In this document: positions 25,031 through 38,200 of the stretch, piece after piece | How the letters are laid out: every line of letters begins with the position of its first letter | Position numbering within the stretch: position 1 is the stretch's first letter | NCBI GenBank assembly: GCA_043228905.1 | Contig: JBHGNT010000002.1 | Span: 24,428,001 to 24,492,000 of the forward strand | Reading direction: 5' to 3' | Source: Azolla caroliniana | Taxonomy: Eukaryota > Plantae > Polypodiophyta | Length of the DNA: 64,000 nucleotides | Made by a program: the position numbers and the translations under genes | The notes under the pieces: generated by a model | What the model saw: the letters and a program-made list of their open reading frames with translations, nothing else | Told to the model about the DNA's origin: nothing | Databases searched by the model: none

Positions 25031-28000
25031 TTAGGCTTTCACTTCGACATTCATATCTCCCCATTGTACATTGTATTTTGCAGCCAAATAATATGCTCCA
25101 GCAGGTCCACGGCTCCTGTATGGATAGAGTTCAGGAGCCACCTTTCTCATTTCAAGCTCTTTGAGTAAAGGCGTAAAGATAGCCCATGCAGCATCAAGCT
25201 CATCGCTACGAATAAAAAGTCGCCTTTCACCTTCAATGGCATCTAATAATAAGCGCTCATACGCATCTGGTATCTCTCGTGAGTACCTGCATCGATTGTG
25301 AAACGAAATCTCAAGATACCAGGACCGAAATTGTTGGGTATTCACCCCTAAGTCTTGAACATTAGTAGAGTACCCTTAAGTTTTCAAACAACACAGGTAA
25401 TCATTTAAAGTTTGAAAGATTAGGGTAATTCGTAATTGTTGGAGTATTTTCGTGTCTTTCCATTACTGTTTTAGGTTGAAGATAATGAAAAGTGCCAACC
25501 TGTCAGCATAATGCAAGTTGAGGTTACTTCGATCCAATCTCATGCCGAGTCCCGGTATCTTGTTATTAATCTTCAGATAGATAGCTTCATCTGGCTGGAT
25601 TCGTATCACAAGTTCATTAGTAGCTTGATCCATGTCCGTTCCAAAGCTTCTTTTATATAGATTCCCTGGTACGTGGCGGAATTGAACCCTAATCTCCATC
25701 CTAAGAACATAAAGAAGAGAATGATGCTACAAGATAGGTTTACCTAATTTCTCCATTATTGGATTACCTTATGAATTATAGGCTTAGAGGTGTAGTGTGA
25801 TTCTCAGTCATTTGTTATATGAACTTACGTCTACTGCAAACCACTATCATTTAATTATCTGGCTCTTCTATCACCATTAATATATGCACCTCACCCGAGG
25901 GCTCATGCTCACACAATTATTGTCCATAATCTATATGAGCATCCCAGAATCTAGATGAATTAAATTCTCTAGTCAACGCAAGTATGTATCATCAACAATA
26001 TATTAGATTACACTATAATCCTGTAAGCTTGCTTAAATATCCTAATATACTAATAGGTTTACCCTAATTGGTTTTAGCATTTGATGCTCATTATGGAGAC
26101 ATGACTTGTTTATATGTCAAATGGAAGTAACATTTGCAGGCCCAGCAATATTTCTTTACATACACCATGGATAGATTGAAACGTATTGAGAACCTTGAAG
26201 TTTATGCTAGTCCATGGTACTATGGGAACAGGACCCGGACTTTAAAATGACAATTGAAGATGAGAATCTCGTACCTTCGACTGTGTAAAGCTTTTCCAGC
26301 TTTCAGAAGGAAAGGTACACCATCCCATCGGGCATTATCAATGAACAAAGCTGCAGCAGCAAAGGTGGGTGTGATGCTGTTTGAAGGAACGGTTTTATCA
26401 TCTGTGTACCCTGGGTACTTCACTCCACCCCTTACATGACTTTTGTACTGTCCAACCACAACATCATCCAAGTTCAAAGTCCTCATCGATCGAAGTACTT
26501 TTACCTGAAATAAAACAACTTACCATGAACCAAAAATGTAAAGCAAAATTTAGAGAATTAAGGTGACAAAAGATAAGGAAGCTTTTCAATGATGAAAACC
26601 TACAAACAATGTCTGAAAAGCAAGAAAATAAATAAATAAAGTATTTGTTACCTTCTCATTCCTCATATCCTCTGCATCTAAACTCACAGGAGGCTCCATT
26701 GCAAAGAGAGCCACCAACTGCAGTAAGTGGTTCTGCATGATATCCCGTATAATACCATAGTTATCAAAATAACTGTAAGATGAAAAAAATCACCCATTAA
26801 TAACAATGCAACCATCACACGATATAGCCATGCATCATATTTTGTTGCTTATGCAAGGTTGTGATCTTTAATGATATATTATTGTGTATGCATGCAAGTC
26901 AATAATTCTATGAGGTTGCGTATGCAAGGGTGCCGCTAATGATATGGTGCTGCAAATTCAAGGGTTGAATTTGTATAATTACCCTCCACGGCCCTCAGTT
27001 CCAAAGTCTTCAGAAAATAGAAATTGAACATTTCTTATGTATTGCCGGGACCATAACGGTTCAAACACAAGGTTGGAGAATCTTAAAATCGACAGGTTTT
27101 CAACGAGTTCCTTTCCCAAATAATGGTCTATCCTGCAAATACATGATCTTTTAGATGCAATAACTCACATTTATCAGAATCCATTAAGTTAAAGATATGA
27201 ACCTATAAATCTGTTCTTCTGCAAAAAATTGTTTGAGGCCTCTTGTCAGCTCGGCAGAGGATTCTGAGTCTCTTCCAAACGGCTTTTCTACAATAACGCG
27301 AGTCCAACCTTGGGTTGAGTATGAAGCACCGCTGGCACATCTTGCAACATCAATAAATATATTGGGTGGGATTGACAGATAGAATAACCTATTGGCAATC
27401 CTGCTTCCCTGTATGAATTTCCAAATAAAATGATGCTATGATAGATATAACCCATTAATATATATTTTAGATTGAATGACATCCTGACAAACATTGCTAC
27501 AACATTACCTCATGAGCCTTTAACTCTGTGTCTAGTTTCCTAAAATCTTCTACGGAGTCGTACTGTCCTGTTTGATAGAAACAACGCATCAGAAATTTCT
27601 CCATTTTATCGTCACAGTTTTCCCTGGAATGAATTAAATCTCCAAAAAATGAATTCACCATTTTTTTCTGAAAAGATCACAAGAAGTATAAAAAGAGAAG
27701 AGGGAAATACTGCTGATCAATCCTGCAATTTAGTGTTTCGCTAATTGTCTCGCGAAGATCTGCATCTGTCATCTTGCTTCGAGCATATCCAAAAATTGTG
27801 AAATGCTGAAACCCAGATTAATTGCCATTATATCAGACTTATGTGCTTATCACTCAGGCCAACACAGAAATAGTAGGCAATACTTGTTAAACTAATGTTA
27901 GAAATAAAGTAAACTAATGTTTAATGAAAGAAATAAGCAGAACGAAATGAAATATTCAAAATGGTTGCTTGCCCAGACACATCCGTAAACCCTAGGTCTA

Positions 28001-29949
28001 GCATCCGAAACATGGGCATTTGTGTTTTCCACCGGGAGGCTTATTTTGATTACTATTATTAACTCCTAATCAAGTTATGTGTGAGCAGATAACATACAAG
28101 TAATACAGAAAGGGTAACTAAACCATACCTATCCAGAGTAAAATGCAAGGATAAAGCCACCCAAAGGAAAATCACCTATCTCTCACTGTAATAATTAAAT
28201 ATTCTAAAACAATGGCATTCAATAAATCAACATGTTTGTCACCTTTGGGAGGCAGCCTTCATAGTACAGAGCAAATAATGCAGGGAAGATTTTCTTCTTG
28301 GCGAGATCACCAGATGCACCAACAACAGTGATGCTCACTGTGGATTCACCTTCATTATCAGAAATGGGGAGAATTCCCTCTAATGAGACATCTTCTGTTT
28401 GATATAATGTGCCATTGGTTTCTACTACATCTTTGCTCCTTATTGGAGAAGATAATAAATCCATTGTTTCCTTCGTGGCAATACCTGTGTTAAATAAACA
28501 TCCCAAAACTGAAACACCCTTTAAGAGTGTCAAAAGATAATAAGTTTGCATAAGGAAAGTTAAAACAAGCGTACAGGAAATCATGGCACTATAGCCAGGA
28601 TAGTATTTCAGTGCATAGAGGCTGTATGTACACTAGACATTGGAATGTAGAACTAGAAACTGCAATAAAGGAAGCCAGACAAGTATAAGTTAGAAACCTA
28701 AAGGTTGAATCGCCTGAAGAAAAAGAATTACAACAAGATTTGGAAGCATAACCAAGAAAAAGCACTGTAGCTGTGAAAATTCTAACCATGCAAACAAGTA
28801 ACAAAAACCTAAACTGAAAAAGATTTGAGTTCATAAAGCGAATAAAGGCAATGTGGCTGGGGATATTTACTCATGAAATGAGCAAGTCAGATTTGGTAAT
28901 TAAACTTAAAGATTAAGACTCCCTAAAAAAGAACTATACCCCAAACAAAAAGGACCTAGCCTAAACCCTAATATGATTAACGTGAATAAAGGCATTGAAA
29001 TGCAATATTTAACGCATACAATGGCAACTCAGAGATGAAAAATAAACCTAATAACTTGATCACTCAAAAGAACACTAGACCCTAAATCAAATTTAGCTGC
29101 ATAAAGATAATGATGGCACCGCCACCACGGATTTTATATTTTAATGCACACAATGTCCAATTCAGCTATGAATTTAGCCTCCATACCTGAATTGTTCATT
29201 GCATGCATTAAAAGGATTGAATCACTATGGAACTCATCATTTAAAACATAAAAATATTGAAGTTTCCAGGAAGATTGAAGAACATCTTCAATTCCTTCCA
29301 AACCATTTAAAATCAGAATATTGAATCTTCCAGAAAAAAGAAAATAACCTTAAACCTAAATATTGAACCACCCAAAACATAAGAACAAAACTCTAAATCC
29401 ATGAGAAACAGCCGCTAAGAAAACGAACTACACAAGAGATTGAATCGCCCAAAACAAAAACTAAATACCAAACCTAAATATCGAATGGACAAAAACAAGA
29501 ACGAAATTGATTAAACCCTAAATCCAAATATTGAATCACCCAACAAAGGAACCAAATCCTAAATCCTAGTTGAAAAGTGCAAACTAAAGTTTTGGAAAAT
29601 AGCAAAAGGGCCAATTAAACCCTCGAACATGCATGGAACATGCAAATTAAGAATGTGGGAAGAAAAGAGACAGGGGGGGTCTTGAATAAACACCTTGGGA
29701 TGATGCAGAAACTGATGACGGAGATGAAAATGGAGATGGAGATGAATGTAAACCCACACGGGAAGACAAAGAAAGATTCATCAAAGATCTCCATGGGAGC
29801 TTGGAATTACTACTGCTCAATGTTTTGAGTGCATGATAAGAAGATCGCTTCTTCTTCTTGTGGGAGACCAAAGGAAGCTGAATATGTTGTTGTCTATAAG
29901 AAGAGGCTTCTTTAAGTAAACTTCCACAACTCTGCAGAAACGCCTCCAT
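25031..29949 (-). CDS. G6PD: Glucose-6-phosphate 1-dehydrogenase, plastid type; 10 exons (29949-29694, 28484-28243, 27805-27711, 27623-27509, 27408-27203, 27132-26983, 26772-26652, 26504-26275, 25700-25500, 25286-25031)
   Basis: [50 protein letters not shown]; Ser-rich transit peptide; redox Cys pair in NCRIDQQENC typical of plastid isoforms. Confidence 0.96.
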
Positions 29950-32299
29950 TGAGAAGAGATGAAGAGCCTCTCTGTCTGTCTATCAATTGGACTCAAAACC
30001 TTGTTTCCGTATGGTTAGTTTTTGCACTTGTATTGTGTTTTAGGAAGAAGAAGAAGAAGAAGAAGAAGAAGAAAGAAAGAAATGGAGTTGTTTGAAAGAA
30101 GCTATAACATTTACATATGTACATATGTATATGTATGTGTATGTATACACAACATGCTTTGGTGAGAAAGGAGCAAAAAGCTCCTTTTTGTTTTGTTTTT
30201 TTGGTTATAAAGTTGTCACAGGAAATGAGTCTTCCCAATTTGATTGAAATTTGTTCTTGCACCTCTCTCACACTCCTTTTCTTAGTAAACTCGAATCCTC
30301 GACTCGAGAACTCTCGGCTCACCTCTCCTTCATCTCTCAGGTCTGCGATGCCTCCAGTTTCAAAAATAATAATCGGTCCTCAACCACACGTAGTACTAAC
30401 AAGTGTATCGAGTACAGGGTGGGTTCAAGATCGTTCCAAATTTGATTTGCCACGAAGCACTGAAGCTTCCAATTATATTTGGAAACCCCTTTGTTTTGTA
30501 AACACGAAGTTCTTATTGTTTTGTGGTTGGTCATTTAGCATGAAGTGACTTATGTATGTCCCTCATTCATGGTTACCCCCGGAGACATAATTTCATGTTG
30601 GTTGAGTGCAAAATCATTGGCCACAACAAAAAAAAGGTGTGATGGGTTTTATTTTGTTTACATGGAGTAATGGTGCATGAAACGTAGTGTAATGGGTGGT
30701 CTACATAACTCCTTGTTTTCGTATAGCAAAAAATCACAGCAAAAGTGAGGTTGACAAACATCCTATCCATGTTGTAACCACTAATCTTAACTAGACGCAT
30801 CTAATTAATTTCAAAAAACTCATTTGACTACTTTGGTAGAAAACTAATACATATGAAGATTTCTAAAAGGTGGTTCGATTATGTGCTAAATAGAGATAAC
30901 GTATACTTGTAAAGCAAAACTTAACTAATTTCTTCCTTAAACTTTAATTGCCAAATGAGTGATGACAGTTTGCTCATTCAACGATGGCCTTTTTTTTTCA
31001 AAATCTCGAAAATTCATGAAAGATTGTGGACACTTTGTCAATCGATTTCTTTCTAGTATTAAATTGAATGAGTAGAAAACGGAGCAAAACTGTTGGCTTC
31101 CGTAAACAAGCCTATCCATGGTGTGTTTAAGCAGATGGGGTATATCAATTGGGTCATATAGGCATACAACCAAAACTTTCTAAGAAGAGGTATTGACAAG
31201 CCATCACAACCACATAACAAGATGTTATATATGCATACATATGGGGCCAAAGGCCAAAGGAGAACCCCTTTTCCCTCCTCATGTAGTTCTTTGGACTTCA
31301 ACAAATGAAGGAAAGAGCCGTAGCACTTTTATTCACCCCTAGCCACAAGCCATCCCCATGTTTTGCCTCATACATGAACTCATTCCTCCAAAGCCCCTAT
31401 GGAAAAGAGGAATTAGTAAAAGAGCTTGATTTTCAACTTGCTCGAGGCTAGATCAATTCGTTTTGGGTAAAGTGGAAACAACACTAAAGATTCAACCTCA
31501 TTGCAGCAATACCTAGAGTCTATTGCCAATGCATGTATGTGTGAAAATCTCAGGTTTCAAAGGAATGCTCTGTTCTCTCATACGGTTCTCACTAAGGATA
31601 TATGCATGTAGTTGCTCTGCAGAAATCAAGTGAAAAAGGAGAGTAGAAGAAATAGTAGGAAATAGTTGAACATCACTAATCATCACAGATTGATATTGAC
31701 CTTATTACATGCAAGGTAATTGATTGTTGGTAGTGAAGGAGTCATACAAACAAGCAAATTTAACAAGCACAAATTTGCTTTCCCTACTATGTGTCCACAA
31801 CTCTATATAGTTTCTTAATGACAGAAAAAGAATATAATGCTTTGGTAATTCAACAATATCTTCAAACAATGGCGGATCTGGATCCAGGCATTTCTGGACC
31901 TTTTATAAAATGCAACGTTGACATTTTGAAGTGCTTCCATAAATAAGAACTCAGGACTTTCATAATTAAGAATATTACTTTGCTCACACCTTCAGTTTTG
32001 TGTCTAGTATTATGAATTTGTTTGCTACACATTTTTTTAACTTCCTAAAGGAGGCGTTAACAAAGATACACCTGTAGTACTTTGTATGCATTTAGAGAAA
32101 CTAAAATGAATTTGAGCTGCCATTACAGATGTGTTCATGCATCAATACATGATGAGCTAGACTCATCCTATACCTTGTCTGACAATCTGATTAAATAACT
32201 TCTGTATCATATGCCAAAAAAAATGTTTGTGACAAGTCACATGCCCATCATTCGTAACAATTTGATCTAAGACACAAATGCAGTTAACATCTTGTAAAG

Positions 32300-35200
32300 T
32301 TATTCTCGGCAGTTCAGAAAAAACCTCTTGAGTAATCGTGCCTCATAAGAAATTGTTACCCTTCCATTATCTCCTTCTGGACCGTTGATTTCATAGTCAT
32401 CATTTGTTGTATATAATTTTTTCGAGTTTATATCAACAATGTCCAAGAATTCATCCATATCTACATATGTTGAGTCCCTCAGCTGTAGGACAAATTTGAG
32501 CCAGCATCTCTAGTATTAGAAAATATATCATTCATTGATTGATTAACACAATAGTATCCATTCCTGTTTCGGATATTTGCCACAAAACCTCAAGATTTTA
32601 AACATTTTGTAAGAATACCCACCTCTTTAAGAACGTTTTCAGAACTGTGTGAGGGTGGGGTCTTCAAATAAGTTTTCAGAACCCATGGTTATTCAGGAAA
32701 GCAAACAAAATGTTAGGGGAAGGGTACATTTAGAAGTTTGTTCCCAGTTGATTTTTATAGTGATCATCTTGCAAAGAATTTGAATCATTTTATTGTTCTT
32801 GGCAAGAAAATACACCATAGTTAGTAACATTGTAAGTTCTTCATTTTTTACCGTGATCATCTGCTTTGCAAGGTTGTCTGCGAGAGCTAGGAAGCATCTT
32901 TTCGTATAGAACCAAGTTTCAGAATCCAGCTTCTTATTGATTGGGTCTAAACTCTTAATGATTCGGCTTATCCCAAACTCGAAATTTTGCTTTGTACAAT
33001 ATAATGTTCCAATAACTAGGTTCACAATGCAAAGATGAAGAAACTGCCCTTCCTTTTCCTCGTCCTACATCATACCGCTTCCTTTCCATTAGCATTTCAA
33101 AATCAGAAATTTACCTAAAAAACAGTTTAACTAAACAAACAACCTCATATTGTGCCCTTTCCTCTTCTTTCTCAATCTTTTGCATTAGATCTTCTGCCTC
33201 GTTATTCTATGAAAAAGATGAGCTTTTTTTATCAGTAGGATGTGTACAAAAAACATTACGATATTATTCGGCAGTGTTATAAAAACATTAAATGGCTTTT
33301 CCCACCAAATTCATAATATTTCATAAAATTATCAGAAATTCTCCTTATGTTTTCAAAATGTTTTGTAAGTCTCAACATAGCCAATATTTCAGGCAAGTTT
33401 TTACTAACCCATGCAAGTTTTTATTCTAAACCCTTAACTTGTAAAAACCATGTTTTAATTAAACATTGTCTATACTTTCTATTCCTCAAGATTTTACTTA
33501 AAAAAGACACGTGAATAGTATTAATACCCGGTTTGTCATTATGTAGGAGACACATAGATTTGCAAGAACAATAGCTGGTGCAGCCAGAATGTTGTCTCCA
33601 GATTTCTTCACTATGGGTTCATAGTACTGAATTGCTTCCTGGTACCTATTATCCTGCACCATAATCACTGTATTGTTATAGAAACTTTTAACTACTTTTA
33701 TTATTATAAAAACAGGTGTTTATTTTGTTCTATTTTACTTAATTGTTGCATCTCTGTGATATAGGTTTTTCTAATGGCTCTATTTACAATGTAGCAAGAG
33801 GAGCATTCATCACATTATCCTTAGCATGTAGTGTCTTTGTTAGAAGAGACATCCAGAAAGATGTCGCCTTGATTAGAGCATCTAGAAAATCGGAATCTTG
33901 CAATATTTTCTCCCTAAGATGCTATTGGATGGACGACAAAAGAATGGCATAATCTTATGGTAAAAATCTCAAAGACTTAACAGATCCTAGTAGATAAGAG
34001 GATGCAGGTTTCTTCAAGTGTCATGTTTTGTTATATACAAAATTAAATCGCATTTAATTTTCACCTGCATGAAGAAATTATGAGCGACATTCAGCCTCCA
34101 AACAGAATGTTCGGAACAAAAATCAGATGATTGTTGAAAAATGCGATCAACTTGCATGTAGTTGCCTTTATCCCAGAAGATCTTTGCCATTGCCATGATG
34201 ACAGGTATATAATTCTGTGAAGATCAAATTAACTATCAGCAAGACTGAAAAAAACTCTGAAATACCCCTGAGATTTTCTTTATTTCTCCAAATGCGCCTG
34301 AGACTTCAGTACTTCCCAACACTTTTGGTTAATCCCCCAGAAAAGAAGAAAGGGGATGAGTTGACCATATATTTGCTGAAATATCACATGTAACTGAGAA
34401 AAACGGTGTGAAATGACCATATTATTGCTCAAATAGCACATATAATGGCTCTTCTTGGCGTTATTCAAGGGCATCTGTGAGACTGGAATAAAAAAACTTG
34501 GAGCATTTAGGAAAATGCAGAAAAACTCTGGGTATTTCTAAGTTTTGCCCTTGAGACTACCAGTTGACAATTTGATGATGCAGCAGAAACATCTTTATCA
34601 AAAGTCGAACAAAATTACAGGCCTTGTTTAACCTACTGAAATGTGAATTTTATACCAAACTATAGCTTACTTCAAGCAATCTCTCATAATCCAAAAGACA
34701 CTTTCTATGGGCATTGTGATTTCCCGATATATGTGTATCTTGCATTTGCTTGATAAGACGCCTCATCGCTTCTCCATACCGTACAGCCAATTCACTCAAT
34801 TTTTGATAAGATTCCTATAGACATAACATAAAAATCACCTTAAATCATTTGTAAATCGGAATAGAAAAAGAACTTGTTAATTCAAGCCACATCAAGTTTC
34901 TTTCTGCAATAAATATTGTATGCACACCATTTTTTAAAGAATTTACCATTTTATACATTAGATTGAAACATTTGTAATAATCCAGGGAAAATTCTCATCC
35001 AACTAAAATTTTGGCCATATTTCCAGATCCATTCCAATCTTCTTTAGAGACATCATATAATCTACCTCTTGAAGATACGCACATGATAACAGCCAAACTT
35101 CTCCAAGAAATGTTCAAAATTTTTGTTTCTTGGGTATTGCCAACCCAAAGCAGGTGGTCTACAAAGTTTTGGAATTTAATGATATAGAACACATACATGT

Positions 35201-38200
35201 GCATGTACTCCACAAAGTTAATTTACTCGGCATTACAGGATTAAGTTATTCAGTATCTCAAAAAATTAGACATACCACAACAGAAGTCCGAGTAAGAATG
35301 ATGGCATCCAAAAACTCTTTCAAATCCTGTTTTCGAGCATTCAGTCAGGTTATGTTGGATGAACAATATAAATAATGAAAATAAAGAAAATGGTCTATAA
35401 TGAGCACAAACCTGAGATATAACCTTGGACGTCAAATCTGGGTTTTCTTCCATTAAAAGAGCAGCAAGATCAGTCAATTGGCCTGATGGCTTGCAGTACA
35501 AAAGCAATAAATTCCTAAATGTTTCGGGTGGGAATGGTGGATTCTGCATGATACTGTTATCAATCAAGATATATCCATCTGAGGAGATACAATAAAGAGA
35601 TCATCTGCATTGTATGATATATCCTTATCAATTATGCATGACCATTCCATGTGAGTGAATATAATGTGTCTTTTTATGATGAGACAAATCAAATGTAGAT
35701 TTTAATAAAAATTAATTCCGTGTCACAGGTCATTTTGACCTTTACAAGACATCAATAAATCTTTACTTCATTCTTTCTCTATTTCTAAGACCAAGAAATG
35801 TCACCTGTAAAAGAAAATTCAGTTTACGGAATCCAGCAGCAGGATCCACATCCATGTAAAATAATGCTTGATTGTGTAGTGTCACCTGTTTAGTCATTGG
35901 AAGATATACTAAAAGATCTTGATCAATACAACCCTTTGAACTGGAAAAGGAAAAATATTCAAGCACTGAAATGTAAAAATTTAACTGTCAAATATAGGCC
36001 CACTGAAAGCTGGTTTGTAGAAATAAAAGGAATGACTGCAGGTAATTTGATAATATCCTTTATAAAGAGATTACAGCATGCTGATGCAGCTTAAAACAGC
36101 GCTATTAAGTCATGAATGTGAGTACATGAGGAAATTGTTGTCCAATTTGCAGCCAATGAGCTATCTCTCTTCCTGGAAGTCCTTAATCTTTTTCACTCAC
36201 CATTTTCTGATTCTTGCATTATATATATCCAGAATGTTCTACAGATGTTTGAAGTTTGGGGTGAAGTATTACAGAGTCAAGTTCTTCTTCAGTCCGCGGT
36301 GGCATATCATTTATAGTGACTTTTGCAGCATCAATGTTTCCAGTAGCATATTCAATTGCTGCCTGCATAAACAATTTGCATGAGAAATTAAAATGCCTTC
36401 AGTAACTTACACACGGAATAGTTCAGCTCAAGTATTAATATAGAATAAGATATACTACAGAGACCTTTAGGTTGAAGGCATCCACAAGTTTTGACGATTT
36501 GAGAGTGTGACTATTTCCCACACTACAAAGCTCCATACCTTCCACATGACTATAAGGTACAAAAGGCACATGAAAAACTTACATTTGTGATTTTAAAGGA
36601 AAAAAGTTCAAAATACCCCCTAGCTTACCCAAATGCCCCTGGTCATATCCCCCTAGCTCCATACCTTCCACATGACGTTGAAGTACAAAACACGCATTAA
36701 GACTTATACTTGCTATTTTATAGGGAAAAAGTTTAAAATACTCCCTCCATTTCCTTATCCAAATGCACCTGAGAAGGAGACGGTGAATCCATGTAATTGC
36801 CATAGTTTAGCCAAAGGGGATGAATCGATTATATAATTTCTCAAAATAATATATATGGTCTCTTGAGAGGGCTTCAGCAAGGGCATTTGGGAAATATTGA
36901 AAACTCAGGTATTTCCAACTTTTTCCCTATTTTAAATGTCACAAACTATAGTTATATCAATTAAACCATACCTTCCTATGCTCAGTTCTGGATACTCTTG
37001 TAAGCCGTTCTCGATCATCTCTGACAAAATCTTCAAAGCTGCCCAAATGTTTGAATTCGTCTGAAAATGTGTCATGCGAATATCATTAAATGACATAAAA
37101 TAATAAATGTTTACCTTCAACATAGCGCTTTAGTTGATAGAAGCAAAGCGCTCTATTGTAGGCCAAATCAGGCTGCAAACGCACAAGTCATCAGCACTTG
37201 AATACACTCTTATATCCTTGTAGAAGTAACATTAAGAAATACCTGAAATTCCATAGCACCTGATGCATCTTCAAACTTCTCAAGTGCTTCCTCATAGGCT
37301 TCCTCCTGCATAACCAAACAAAAATGAATTCTGAGGTTACAACATTCGCTTCAGTAGGAAAGAGATGGTTAACAAAATGTGTTTTCTGCACTTGCAATGC
37401 TTCACGGATGACTGTGTAAGTCGAGTTTCCAGAGAAGATGAGCACAAAAGAAGATGTGGCATCATGTTATCGATTCTAGCAGGATATTCTAGAGGGTTCC
37501 TATTATTGGTCATGGCGCACTTATATTTGATTCTGTACGTTGGAATTTCAGATTCTGTGAAAAGTGCAATTTAAAGTAGTGCGCTGAATATTGCATAAAT
37601 CAAAATTTATTCTAATATGTATGAAGCTACATTAAGCAGATCCCTCGACATCATCTTCAATGTTATTCAAACCAATTCTTGAATGTTGCAAAAAACACCA
37701 CGCACTTCAGATCATGTAAAAAACCTTTACTGCAGTCTGCTATTATAGATTCATCAAGATCATCTTCAATGTTCTTGAATCGATTTGTGAATGTTGAAAT
37801 GTACAAAAGATTAACTTTTTTAAAACAAGTTGCGATTAGCATGTAAACATTAAAATATGAATGAAATCCGAAGAGAATATATGTTTGACCTTATATAAAC
37901 AGCATCCCAAGTTTACTACAGCATCAAAGTTCTCTTGCGAACTGTTCTCCCATATCTGTCTGCTTCCTTAATGTACCAAAATACAAATATTGAAGAGATC
38001 ATAATTCCACTCAGATATATGTTTGAGATCACTTAACAATATAGCACAATCTTGAAATACAGACGAGATCATCTGAAAACATTGTAAGACACTGCAAAAA
38101 TATGTACGAGATAATTTGAAGATATTTCAGAATAATGCAGGAATATGTGGGAGATCATTTGATGACACAATTGCGTACAGCAAAAATATGTATACATAAT

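Noticed and set aside
28950-29570. Interstitial telomere in G6PD intron 1
   Set aside because: Only scattered AAACCCTA/AAACCTAA words within a degenerate AT-rich repeat; no tandem telomeric array.
918-29949. Functional gene cluster of MCU, SCS-beta and G6PD
   Set aside because: Different compartments and pathways with mixed orientations; no evidence beyond chance neighbourhood.
37890-37966. Suspected frameshift in an IFT70 exon
   Set aside because: Re-reading gives an open frame GSRQIWENSSQENFDAVVNLGCCLYK.
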